DNA from: Octopus sinensis
Lineage: Eukaryota
Direction: 5' to 3'
DNA length: 64,000 bases
NCBI RefSeq assembly: GCF_006345805.1
Contig: NC_043006.1
Span: forward strand, 48,298,001 to 48,362,000
A program made the translations under genes and the position numbers. This document shows positions 50,661 through 63,127 of the stretch, piece by piece; position 1 is the stretch's first letter, and every line of letters begins with the position of its first letter. Under the pieces are notes generated by a model. The model was not told the DNA's origin and ran no database searches. It was given only the letters and a program-made list of their open reading frames with translations.

Positions 50661-51009
50661 CTGCTACTACTACAACTTATCCTTCGATACCGTCGCCACC
50701 ATCGCTTTCACAGCCGTCAATGTCTTCGTCTTCATTCCCATGACGAATAAGCCGGCCACCACCATAAGCCGGTGGTGGGCCGGCTTATTTTTGTGTAGCC
50801 AGTGGTCGTCAAGTATTTCTTCGCTGTTGTCTCTAAACACTCTAATCTTCCACAGAGCAACTGTTTCTCTTCTGGGTTTCTCCGAATAACATCGTCCACG
50901 TCTCTCTCTCGTCCTCATCAGCATTAATCTTCTTTTCTTTTTCCCTCCTAGTGTTATTCACTTTCATTTTCCTTTTTTTCATTCATTCATTCATCCGCTT
51001 CTGCTGCTG

Positions 51010-51061
<52 letters not shown>

Positions 51062-51429
51062 ACTACTAGTATTTTTTTCATATTCTGCCCTTAATTCTTC
51101 TCATCCTATTTTACCCAACCATTTAGTGCCATAATAGTTGTTGAGAAAGTTTTCGGCTTATTTGTGTAAGGATTAAAATGAGATTGCTCCAATCTGGCCA
51201 GCCCCAAGGAAAAACTAAGCTAAGAGCATTAGATTCCTTAGAAGAAAGCAGCGAATGCATATAAAAAAGGACGAAAAAAAACGGACGTTACACAAATGCA
51301 ATAAAGATAATAACAGGACATAACAACAGGTGTCTTTCGACTAAGGACGAATTAAATTAAGCTGGCGTGTGTGATATATATATATGTGTGTGTGTGAGTG
51401 TAATATATTATATATATATATTATATATA

Positions 51430-51463
<34 letters not shown>

Positions 51464-51910
51464 ATGTGTGTGTGTGTATATGTATATGTATGTATGTATG
51501 TATGTATATATATATTATATACATACATACACATACATAATATATATGTATGTTTATATATATATATATATATATATACATACATGTACATACATAATAT
51601 ACATGTATATATATATTATATATATATTTCAACAATTGAGGGCAAAATTATTAATTATTAATCAATTTCACCAAGTGTTCAGTATGCAAGGGACCATTCA
51701 AGGCGAATTCAAATTATTACATTATATAAAAGGGCTTAGTAAAATAAATTACTTTGCCGCATACTGAACTCATTAGAAATAGCAGCTAAAAAACTTTTTT
51801 AAAGCTATTTCTAATACTTAAAGAAAATCTCTCTCAATATATAGTGTTTGCTTAATTCAACTCACAAAAGTTTGGGGGTAAGGACATCGAAAAATCAATG
51901 CTAAGGTTAT

Positions 51911-51964
51911 TCGAGAACGTACGTTTCAAGATTAGTCCAAACAACATTTCTATCATCGGCTCAG
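51911..51964 (-). ncRNA. Type I hammerhead motif (loop 3 GUAC), U4C variant
   Basis: ctgag-CCGATGA-tagaaatgttgtttggactaatctt-GAAAC-gtac-GTT-ctcga. Confidence 0.55.
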
Positions 51965-52449
51965 AAATTCCTTGGTTTGGATTTGAAACACTGAAAATAA
52001 GAACATACCCTTTCGAATTCTGCTCCCAACTAACAGTGCCAACAAATTCAATAAGCAAGCGAAGAATCTCTGTTCTCCCCTTCCACCAGCGTGGGTTAAA
52101 ATCATCAAACACTATGCTTATTTCGGTAAAATCCGAAGCATTAATCAGAGGGAGATTAATTAATAATTCAACAATTGAGGACAAAATTAATTAATTATTA
52201 ATCAATTTCACCAAGTGTTCAGTATGCAAAGGGACCATTCAAGGCGAATTCAAATTATTACTTATATAAAAGGGCTTAGTAAAATAAATTACTTTGCCGC
52301 ATACTGAACTCATTAGAAATAGCAGCTAAAAAACTTTTTTAAAGCTATTTCTAATACTTAAAGAAAATCTCTCTCATATATAGTGTTTGCTTAATTCAAC
52401 TCACAAAAGTTTGGGGGTAAGGACATCGAAAAATCAATGCTAAGGTTAT

Positions 52450-52514
52450 TCGAGACGTACGTTTCAGATTAGTCAAAATTTCAGTCAAATCCAACATTTC
52501 TATCATCGGCTCAG
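52450..52514 (-). ncRNA. Type I hammerhead motif (loop 3 GUAC), degenerate
   Basis: ctgag-CCGATGA-taga...aatct-GAAAC-gtac-GT(c)-tcg, 538 nt from the previous motif. Confidence 0.45.
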
Positions 52515-52686
52515 AAATTCCTTGGTTTGGATTTGGAAACACTGAAAATAAGAACATACCCTTTCGAAGATCTGCTCCCAACTAACAGTGCCAACAAATT
52601 CAAATAAGCAAGCGAAGAATCTCTATATATATGTGTGTGTGTATACATGTATGTATATATGTGTAATATATATATATATTATATAT

Positions 52687-52726
<40 letters not shown>

Positions 52727-52956
52727 TATATGTATGTATATAGTTCAATTTTATACAAAAGCAAAGACGAAAAAAGATGTAGGAACAGCAAACAAGTGTA
52801 TTAGTTTCACGCTCGAGAAAAATGGAAATTTTTTACGTTTCAAGCTTTCGCTCTTCGACAGAAAGGAATAAGAGGAAGAAACAGAGGGAGAATGAAAAAT
52901 AGTGCAGAGTTCAGTAGTCCAGCAGGGCAAATATGGAAATATATTTATAAATACTA

Positions 52957-53045
<89 letters not shown>

Positions 53046-53794
53046 TATATATATACATGGCATACACATATGATTATTTCATATCATGTGAAGCAAAGAC
53101 GGTGTTCTACAAAAAATAAGTCGCTGGTACAGAATGGCCGGAAACAGCTAAAATAAAGAAGGAAGAAAGAAATCAGTAATTTTATAGTGATTGGTTATCC
53201 GTTTGCATCGATCCAGTCGCGTAGTGATAACTCTGGTACTGTATCTCGTCTACTGTTGTGTATACTTTGCATCTATTGAATGTTCAAAAAAGAACTTCCT
53301 AAAGCGTTTAAAAGTTATCAGACATATGAAGCTATCGATACTCGGGAGTTATTGATCCTGTAGCTATTAATGTTTAATCACATGATGACATTTATAGTGA
53401 GGTGGCAAAAATGTATCATGAATGTTTATGAAATGCAGATAAGAAGTGTTTGTGTTTGTGTGTGTGTGTGTGTGGATGTATAGGTATATGTATGAATATA
53501 AGTGCGTTCATATGTGTATGTATATGAACACACACATACATAGATATATTTTAGACTGTGGTCACATGATATTAAATACTTCATACACATCCACAAACAT
53601 GTCTGCAGGTGTCTGCATGCATTTGTGTATGTATTCATATATATGAATAAATGTGCTTGTACACACACACATATCCGTATATAAACGTGTTTTTGAAAAT
53701 GCATCTATATATATATATATACATGTACATATATGCTATATATATACATATATATAATATATATATATTATATATATATATATATTATATATAA

Positions 53795-53825
<31 letters not shown>

Positions 53826-53875
53826 CATATATGTAATATATATATATATATACATACATATATGTATACACATAT

Positions 53876-53923
<48 letters not shown>

Positions 53924-54221
53924 TATACTTATATGTATGTATATATGTGTATGCGCCCGTGCTGTGTGTATGTATACGTATTTCTGCAAAGAAAGATACG
54001 CACATGTGCATATACACACACGCGTGTGTAATCTCCCCCTCTCTCTTCCTCTCAATCTCTCTTTTACCCCTATTTCCTTTCTTTCTTCCACTCTGTTCTG
54101 CATATAATCAACTATTTTGAAGATGAACACATCGTAGTCGATGGCCCAGCAGAGACACAGCCCTCGAGCTGAAACCAGTAAAAGACTACAACTGTAAACC
54201 ATGACACACTTTCTAACCAAT

Positions 54222-54230
54222 TACCTACTC

Positions 54231-54288
<58 letters not shown>

Positions 54289-54300
54289 ATCTATCCATCC

Positions 54301-54343
<43 letters not shown>

Positions 54344-54442
54344 ATCCATCCATCCATCCATCCATCCATCCATCCATCCATCCATCCATCCATCTATCCA
54401 TCCATCCATCCATCCATCCATCCATCCATCTATCTATCTATC
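54222..54442. repeat. (TATC)n/(CATC)n microsatellite, 5' flank of the LINE
   Basis: Direct reading. Confidence 0.95.
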
Positions 54443-57400
54443 CCGTCCACAAGTTTTCAGAGACCGGATTAGCACACTAGTAAAGAGGCTTTGACGGGAG
54501 CCATCATCAACACCAAATGGTGGTTTGCCCTCAAGAGAGCAGTAAAAGCAGAAGCGATTAGGTACAGCAAAGCACTAGCCATAGATAGAAATAGAGTAGA
54601 GGGTGAGCTAGTTAAGAAGCTAGAAGAGGCAATTAGAAGCGGCATCGCATCCGACGTTTTGGCGGCGAGGTTGGCCCTCGACCAACACTTCAACGCCAAA
54701 CACGAAGGATGTGCTGTCAGAGCTAGGATGCGTGCTCTAAGGAACGAAGGTGTTGGAGCCGCGAGAGAGGCCCGGGTGGCAGAGGCGGAACAGGGCAACA
54801 AGGCCAACAAAGCCACCATTCGGTCACTGGTAGATGAACAGGGGCGCGAATTGCTCGAGCCAAGTAAAATGTGTGAGGCCTTTCAGCAGCATTTGCCCGA
54901 CTGTTCGGAACGAGTGGAGGGCAAGAACGTAGGGTGGACTTCAGTGCCTACCTACATAGCCTGCCACGACTCTCGACAAGAAAGGCAGGGTGCTGCGAAG
55001 GTGCCATCACGGCGGCGGAAGTGCGGGAAGCGATGGCAGAATGCTCGAGGGACAAATCACCGGGTTTGGATGGTCTACCCTACGAATTTACTATTGTATG
55101 CCAGACTTGTTTGGAGACGTCTTGGCAGCGGTATACTGCAACTGGCAGCAAAACAGGAGCATACCCGGTTTTGTGAGTCGAGGAGCTGTAACTCTGCTGA
55201 AGAAAGATCCAAACAAGGGAAACATTATAGATACTTTAGGCCAATCACTCTGCTCATGCACCTGAAAATTTTGACAAAGGTGTTAGCCAAGAGGTTGGCG
55301 CTTGTCATGGAGAAACTGGTCGACAACGCACAAACGTGCGCCGTGCCGGGCCGGAGCATCCATGACAACCTCCATCTGATGCGCTACATCATAGACAGGG
55401 TAGTTAACTAACCTGGCATGGGTGGGGCCCTGATCAACTTGGATCAATCAAAAGCCTTTGATAGGGTAGACCATCGATACTTGGAGGCAGTCCTGAGAGC
55501 GGCTGGTTTCGGGCCCGTCTTCCGCGGCTGGATAGCTGCCTTGTACAGAGGCATCCGTTTCGGTAATTCGCGTAAATGGACATCTATCGAGACCCTTCGA
55601 CATTGCACGTTCGGTCCGTCAGGGATGCCCCCTCTCGGCGCTTCTATACGTATTGACTCTTGAGCCACTAACTGCGGAAGCTGGCGACTCTGAGGGGCAT
55701 CCCGCGAGAATTAGGATGCGGGACGAGCGTGTCTGCATACGCGGACGACGTCACCGTCATAGTGTCAAGCCACGAGCACATCGAGCGGGTCGGCGAGACA
55801 CTGAAAACTACGAAGCGGTGACAGGAGCAAAAATCAACCGGGAAAAGTCAGTGGGCTTGCGGCTCGGCACCTGGAGAAGCAAGCCCATGCCGTCCACCAG
55901 TACCTCCGTCGTGGGACGATGGACAGCCGACCCGGTTGAGTTGCTCGGGGTCTGGTTCGGTCGGACCTCCAATGAGAAGAACTGGAACGAGATAACGAGT
56001 AGGGTGGTCACTCTCGCCAGCAATGGGCCGAGAGGAAACTGTCCCTAAAAGGTCGGGCGGAGGTGGTGAACGCGTACATCGCGTCCTCATCTACTACCGC
56101 GTGACGTCGTACCTTGTCCCGACCCTACCATCACCAAACTAGAACGCATCCTCTTCCGCTTCTTGTGGAAAGGATGCGTCCCGATGGTCAGGCGATCCAT
56201 TTGCTGTCAACACCCCTTTAAAAGGAGGGCTGGGCATGCCGTGGTTGATGATGCGCAGACACGCGCTGAGACTGCGACATCTCCGGCTCTATGTAGACGA
56301 CGGTGAACAGGTGTGGTCGCCGTTTGTGAGGCACGCATTCCCGCAACTCGTCTCCATGACCGAACTACAGTCGTGGATCAAAAAGAGGCCGAAGAAGGGC
56401 GAATGGCACCGCGAGTGTCGCGTTGCTCTCAACAACTCTGCCGTCCTGGGTCGACCTTGAGTGACTTCAACACAACCAAAGCATTCTATAGGGGATTAGT
56501 GGAGGGGAGGTACGACGACGAGCTCGGGGCAACCTGGGCGTCGACGAGGAATACCTGACCCGCCTGTTTCAAACGACTTTCGGCCCGGGACCTATGGACA
56601 ACTTCCAGAGATCCCTGGCCTGGCGGTGCTACCGAGAAGCGCTACCCGTTCGGGATAAGCCTCTATAGGCATGGCTCGAGAAACACGGGGCCGACCTGCC
56701 CGAGATGCGGTCAGAGCGACGAAACCGCTCTGCACGCAATCGTGCAGTGTCCAGCAATTCCCACCTGTGGGCTTATGTCGAACGCTGCTGTCACGTGTGG
56801 GACGTTGTCGGTTTATCAGCCGAGTCTATTGTTAATATCGTCACGCCTCCTTCCTTCAACGGGAAGGAAGAGCTATTTTTATCATACTTGTGGCTATGGC
56901 GAAAGAATGTATCTGGTGGACGCGTCTGAAAGGATTAGAGACAAACACTTTCCTCTCTGGTCAATCTCTCATCAACTTCTTCAAGTACCACTTGAAGAAA
57001 AAAGTGAGAGTAGAGAGGCAAGTTTTGTCTAGTGAATGTTTTAAAAAAGATGGGTGAATGTAGCAAGGGTGGCACGTATGAATGACGAAGCCACCTTGAC
57101 TATGATTCTATGAACCGTAAAAATTAATACAGAGAGTTGCTTATTTGCAAAAAAAAAAAAAAAAAAAAAAAAAAAAGAAATATAACATGTGACTTCATGA
57201 CCGAGGTTACCGTGTCTTTTCCGTAGGCTTTTCTTTCCACGGGTAAACCTCACCTGTCCTCCCCTTTACACTTCATATTGACATTTCTGTGATAACGATC
57301 CCTATTGATCAATTTTTTTCCTCTCCCCCTTTTTTTTTAATCCCCCTTTTTTTTTGTCCTCTTTCTCTCCTTTTACGATCCCTTTTGATCGACCCCCCCC

Positions 57401-57532
57401 TTTTTTATTTTATTTTTTTATTTTTTATTTTTTTTATTTTATTTATTTTATTTTTTTTTAACCTTCAAAAGAAAAGCTCTACCTTGTAATTTGTTCTATC
57501 TGTGTGCAGCCCTGTGTGGCTAATAATAAACA
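54443..57532 (+). mobile_element. Tx1/L1-type non-LTR retrotransposon, 5'-truncated ORF2 (RT plus C-terminal zinc finger), frameshifted
   Basis: RT motifs RPITLL, LINLDQSKAFDRVDH, GCPLS-like and SAYADDVTVIV (~55731-55763); CPRCGQSDETALHAIVQC (56697-56750); 3' UTR; no endonuclease or ORF1. Confidence 0.9.
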
Positions 57533-57579
57533 TATCTATCATCTATCTATCTATCTATCCATCCATCCATCCATCATCC

Positions 57580-57614
<35 letters not shown>

Positions 57615-57627
57615 CATCCATCCATCC

Positions 57628-57674
<47 letters not shown>

Positions 57675-57679
57675 CATCC

Positions 57680-57742
<63 letters not shown>

Positions 57743-57743
57743 C

Positions 57744-57774
<31 letters not shown>

Positions 57775-57787
57775 CATCTATCTATCC

Positions 57788-57834
<47 letters not shown>

Positions 57835-57863
57835 CATCTATCTATCTATCTATCTATCTATCC

Positions 57864-57930
<67 letters not shown>
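57533..57930. repeat. (TATC)n/(CATC)n microsatellite, 3' flank of the LINE
   Basis: Direct reading. Confidence 0.95.
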
Positions 57931-57931
<1 letters not shown>

Positions 57932-57969
57932 CTCAGTCTACCTTTCTATGTAGCTATCTAACTATCTAG

Positions 57970-58152
57970 CTGGCTGGAACGGTAGCACGCTGAGCAAAAT
58001 GCCGTTATGTTCTGAGTTCGAATTCCTCCGAGGTCGACTTTGCCTTTCATCCTTTCGGGGTCGATTAAAAAAGTACCAGTTAATCACTGGGGTCGATGTC
58101 TGTCCTCGTTTGTCCCCTCTAAGTTTAACCCCATGTGGACAATAAAGAAATA
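57970..58152 (+). mobile_element. SINE group B
   Basis: Match to other copies. Confidence 0.75.
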
Positions 58153-58158
58153 TATCTA

Positions 58159-58578
58159 TGAGTGGCTGTGTGGTAAGTAGCTTGCTTACCAGCCACAAGG
58201 TTCCGGGTTCAGTCCCACTGCGTGGCACCTTGGCCGAGTGTCTTCTACTATAGCCTCGGGCCTACCAAAGCCTTGAGAGTGGATTTGGTAGACGGAACCT
58301 GAAAGAAGCCCGTCGTATATATATCTATATATATATAGATATATATGTATGTGTGTATATGTTTGTGTGTCTGTTTGTACCCCCACCACCAACATCGCTT
58401 GACAATCGGTGCTGGTGTGTTTACATCCCCTTAACTTAGCAGTCCGGCAAGAGAGACCGATAGAATAAGTACTAGGCTTACAAAGAATAAGTCCTGAGGT
58501 CGATTTGCTCGACTAAAGACGGTGCCCCAGCATGGCCACAATCAAAATGGCTGAAACAAGTAAAGCAGTAAAAGAGTA
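58159..58578 (+). mobile_element. SINE group A
   Basis: Full-length match. Confidence 0.85.
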
Positions 58579-59249
58579 TCCGTCTATCTCTCTCTATATA
58601 TATGTGTTTGTGTGGTGTGTGGGTGTGTATAGGTATATTTATATCTGTGAACGAAAAACACACACACTCGCACACGCACTCATGTATATATATACTTGTT
58701 TCCGTATGTATGTATATTTGTATATATGTATGTATGTATATATATGTATGTATCTATGTATCTATGATTGTATAAAAGTACGTATGTATGAATGAATGTA
58801 TGTAGGTATGTATGTATGTATGTATTATGTATGTATGTATGTATGTATGTACGTACGTATGCAAACTACAGAATCAATTGAAAATCGGAAAGCTGAACCA
58901 AACAGATGTCCTAATAAAGAATGCCGGTTAAGTTTCTTCGCTAAATATAACGCGTTCGTTAATAATCAGCGCTGACATAAACATTCAATATAAGATCATT
59001 TTCTTTCTTTAAAAGTCTTTAACAAAAAAGTTTTTAAAAAGAAACGAAACCATTGGTATTCAAAGTTTGATTGAAATTCGTTTCATGAATGATTGACCAA
59101 TCAGCAAAACAATTTTCGACTGAAGTTTAATATATTTGAAGTAAAACTTTTTGCTTTATTTTTACGTTTGTTTTTAGTTGTTTTCTTAGTTTTGGAGGTT
59201 TTTTTTATTCATTTCTTTTTCTTTTTCAAAGGCGATTTGCAGTTTAAAG

Positions 59250-59363
59250 CTTAGAAGTACTTTGGAAAATTAGTTGAGCAAAAAGATAAATATAAATATG
59301 TATATGTGCACACACACTCACGCACACACAAACACACACACACAGACAACACTATATACATAC

Positions 59364-59409
<46 letters not shown>

Positions 59410-59421
59410 TATAATATATAC

Positions 59422-59456
<35 letters not shown>

Positions 59457-60052
59457 CATACATACACACACTCAGTCACACACACACACATAAACACAAG
59501 CTCATATACATATAAATACACACGCATATATATATATATATGTATGTATATATATGTATATATATATATGTGTGTCTATGTGCATGTGTAAGTTAGTATG
59601 TATGTGGATAGGTGCGTGAGCGCCTCTGTGTGTACACCTGTGAGAGTCCCTGTGTGCTTATATGTGTACATGTATGTGTGTCCATGTGTGTGTGTCCATG
59701 TGTGTCCGTCTGTGTCCTGTGTGTCTCTGTATATGCGTATGTCTGTGCATGTTTGCGTGTGCGTCTATGTGTGTATGTGTGTGTGTGTATGTGTGTGTGT
59801 GTGTGTGCGTGTGTGTGTGTGTGTCTGTGTCTGTGTGTGTGTGTGTATAATGTAAAAGAAGTCAAAGTGATTAGCTGCCACACAAAAGAATCCCTTTGAT
59901 GTTCAGTAATCCCCAAGTATTTACATATACTAATAAAATTGTTGCGGTCTAGCATGATTCTACAGTTATTTTATCATGTACATACATACATATATACATA
60001 TATATATATATACATATATATATAACATATATATATACATATACATATATAC

Positions 60053-60099
<47 letters not shown>

Positions 60100-60723
60100 G
60101 TATGTATATATATATATATACATATATTATATATGCATATATAAACATATATACATATGTGCATATATATATATATATATATGTGTGTGTATGCTTGTGT
60201 TTATTAAAAACAAACTGACCTTTATGTTTAGCTGACTCAGAAATATGTCAAAGAATAAGTGCATTCTTCAGAAATAATCTTCAGATTTTCTTTATTTTTC
60301 TTTCTTTTTTTTTTCATTTTCTTTCTTTCTATTTATTCATCTATTTATTTGTCGTTCATTTTGCCTTTAGTTTAATTTTCGATGATCTGAAATGAATTTT
60401 AATGTAGACATACGTGTATATCTGTGTTTATGCGTATTCGTATTTGTGTGTGTGTGTGTGGGGGGGGTGTTGTCAGTATATGCGTGCGGCGGTGTGGTTT
60501 ATGGTTTTCCATTTATTCGTTTTAGGAGTTGATTACATCGCAGAAGGCAGAGGAAGATATCTATATCTATATGATTGTACATACGTATGTATATATATGG
60601 GGATATCAATATACTCATATATCTATATACGCATAGCCTCATAACCATACAGATATAGAGTAAACTAAATGTATTGTAAAGTGTGTGTGCATGTATGTGT
60701 ATACATATATCAATAAAAATTAA

Positions 60724-60759
<36 letters not shown>

Positions 60760-60802
60760 CTATATATAATATATGATGTATATATATATATAATATATAT
60801 AT

Positions 60803-60865
<63 letters not shown>

Positions 60866-61350
60866 ATATGTATACGTATAATACATATATGTATATATAT
60901 ATATATATGATGTATATATATATATATATACCTATATGTATACGTATATATATATATATATATATAATCCCTCTATGTATAGGTAATATATACATATTAG
61001 ATGTAGGCATGTATAACTTCTGTAAATGTATAACGAGAAAGACAGTTAGACAGACAGGCATTTAACATATATATATATATATATATATTTGGTTGGTGTG
61101 TGTATACATATATATATATATATTTATAATATATATATAATATATATATATATACATATACAATCATACATATACATTCATGTGTATATATATATGCATA
61201 TACTTCTATAAAAGTATATATACATACATTCAAACATATATATGTTGTGTGTGTGTGTGTGTGTGTGTGTTGTGTGTGTTGTGTGTGTATGTGTGTGTGT
61301 ATAAAGGCATGTATGTATGTAAGCTTACATACATGCATGTATACATGAGC
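59250..61350. repeat. (TA)n/(CA)n/(TG)n low-complexity blocks with short unique spacers
   Basis: Direct reading. Confidence 0.85.
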
Positions 61351-61405
61351 ACAGCATTCAGGAGAAGTAGTTGACAATCATTTATCATCTCCTTACTGTA
61401 AGATC

Positions 61406-61505
61406 NNNNNNNNNNNNNNNNNNNNNNNNNNNNNNNNNNNNNNNNNNNNNNNNNNNNNNNNNNNNNNNNNNNNNNNNNNNNNNNNNNNNNNNNNNNNNNN
61501 NNNNN
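61406..61505. other. Scaffold gap (100 N)
   Basis: Run of exactly 100 N, immediately after a GATC. Confidence 0.99.
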
Positions 61506-61566
61506 AAACATTCAATTGCCCTATTTCTTTGGTCATCACTCTTTCCCTTTCTATCTCTTTCTCTCT

Positions 61567-61620
<54 letters not shown>

Positions 61621-61664
61621 ATATGTATATATATGTATGTATATACATATAATATATGTATATC

Positions 61665-61930
61665 ACGTGATCACGTGACCGACCAGACCATCAGATATAG
61701 TTACACATCGCTGGTCACAATGCGTTCCCATTGTTTTAGCCTTCGAATGACGCCACCCCGCTTGCTAAGCGAGCAGGCCAACAAAAGAAAGAGTGGGAGA
61801 AACAGTGGTGAAAGAGTACACCAGGGATCACCACCCCCTGCCGGAGCCTCGTGGAGCTTTTAGGTGTTTTCGCTCAGTAAACACTCGCAACGCCCGGTCT
61901 GGGAATCGAAAGCGCGATCCTACGCCTCCA
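61665..61930 (-). mobile_element. SINE group C with tail E
   Basis: Group C body joined to cgcttagcaagcggggtggcgtcattcgaaggctaaaac...ggtcacgtgatcacgtga(ta)n. Confidence 0.8.
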
Positions 61931-61932
61931 CA

Positions 61933-61975
<43 letters not shown>

Positions 61976-62084
61976 ATATATAGTAAGAATCGCGTTAGTC
62001 AATTGTTGATGATAATATTCTAAATGTTCTGTTTTAATTTTGTATGACAGTGTGTTTGTCTGTATGTGTGTGTGTGTGTGTGTG

Positions 62085-62248
62085 TGTGTTTCCCACCACC
62101 TCCGCCATTTGACAACCGATGTTGATGTGTTTGCGTCCCCGTATTTTAGCGCTTTTGAAAAAGCGGCCGATAGAATAAGTAGCAAGGCGGTTCCCCAGCA
62201 TGGCCACAGTCTAATGACTGAAACAAGTAAAAGATAAAAGATAAAATA
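62085..62248 (+). mobile_element. SINE group A, 3' half
   Basis: ttgacaaccgatgttgatgtg...gactgaaacaagtaaaagataaaagata. Confidence 0.75.
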
Positions 62249-62397
62249 CGTATGTATAATATATATATGTGGATATATATACAGAGAGAGAGAGACAGAT
62301 AGACTGAAAAAGTGATAGATAGATAGCGAATTAGATATACACAATGTTGCATTTATATATTTGCATATGCATACACACTCAAACGTACAGATATAGT

Positions 62398-62466
<69 letters not shown>

Positions 62467-62469
62467 ATA

Positions 62470-62754
62470 TCACTGTGATCACCGTGACCGACCAGGCTAT
62501 CAGATGTTGTAACACATCGCTGGTCACAATGCGCTTCGCATTGTTTTAGCCTTCAAATGACACCACCCCGTTGGCTAAGCGAGTAGAAAGAGTGAGAGAA
62601 AGTTGTGGCGAAAGAGTACAGCAGGGATCGCCACCTCCATAGTGGAGCTTTAGGTGTTTTTGCTCAATAAGCACTCACAACGCCCGGTCTGGGAATCGAA
62701 AACGTGATCCTACGACCGCTAGTCCGCTGCCCTAACCACTGGGTCATTGCGCCT

Positions 62755-62755
<1 letters not shown>
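62470..62755 (-). mobile_element. SINE group C with tail E
   Basis: Same architecture as 61665-61930. Confidence 0.8.
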
Positions 62756-62808
<53 letters not shown>

Positions 62809-62811
62809 TGG

Positions 62812-62925
62812 TCTGCTCACTTAGCCAGCGGGGTGGCGTCATTCGAAGGCTAAAACAATGTGAACGCATTGTGACCAGCGATGTGTAACTACATCTGATG
62901 GACTGGTCGGTCACGTGACCATGGT
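62812..62925 (+). mobile_element. Solo tail E (probable LINE 3' end)
   Basis: Same module as the tails at 61665 and 62470, without the SINE head, running into (TA)n. Confidence 0.7.
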
Positions 62926-63090
62926 GAGATATATATATATATACATATATACATTTACATATAGATGCATGTATATATATGCACATTTATATGTATATTT
63001 ATACACATATATACGTATATATGTATATATGATACATGTATATATGTGTGTATATATAGTGTATATTATATATATATATATATATATAAT

Positions 63091-63127
<37 letters not shown>

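Larger units (their letters stand above)
51626..52624 (-). mobile_element. Retrozyme-like repeat, copy B (1.85 units of a ~539-bp monomer)
   Basis: aacaattgag at 51631 and 52170; homologous to copy A but with different end points; two hammerhead motifs; (TA)n on both sides. Confidence 0.7.

Noticed and set aside
50746-50794. Hairpin plus T run as a rho-independent terminator
   Set aside because: Eukaryotic context with no bacterial-type genes nearby.
51852-52194. 110-aa and 98-aa ORFs in the retrozyme-like repeat
   Set aside because: No recognisable domain, and the frames are broken in the other unit and in copy A.
52835-52866. Minus-strand gtcgaagagcgaaagcttgaaacgta, hammerhead-like
   Set aside because: Core too degenerate (no CUGANGA) and stem I not supported. 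It may be a decayed PLE end, but I cannot support it.
61401-61505. Contig ending exactly at GATC before the gap
   Set aside because: Most likely technical (Hi-C scaffolding cut site or chance), not biological. Adjacency across the gap is unverified.
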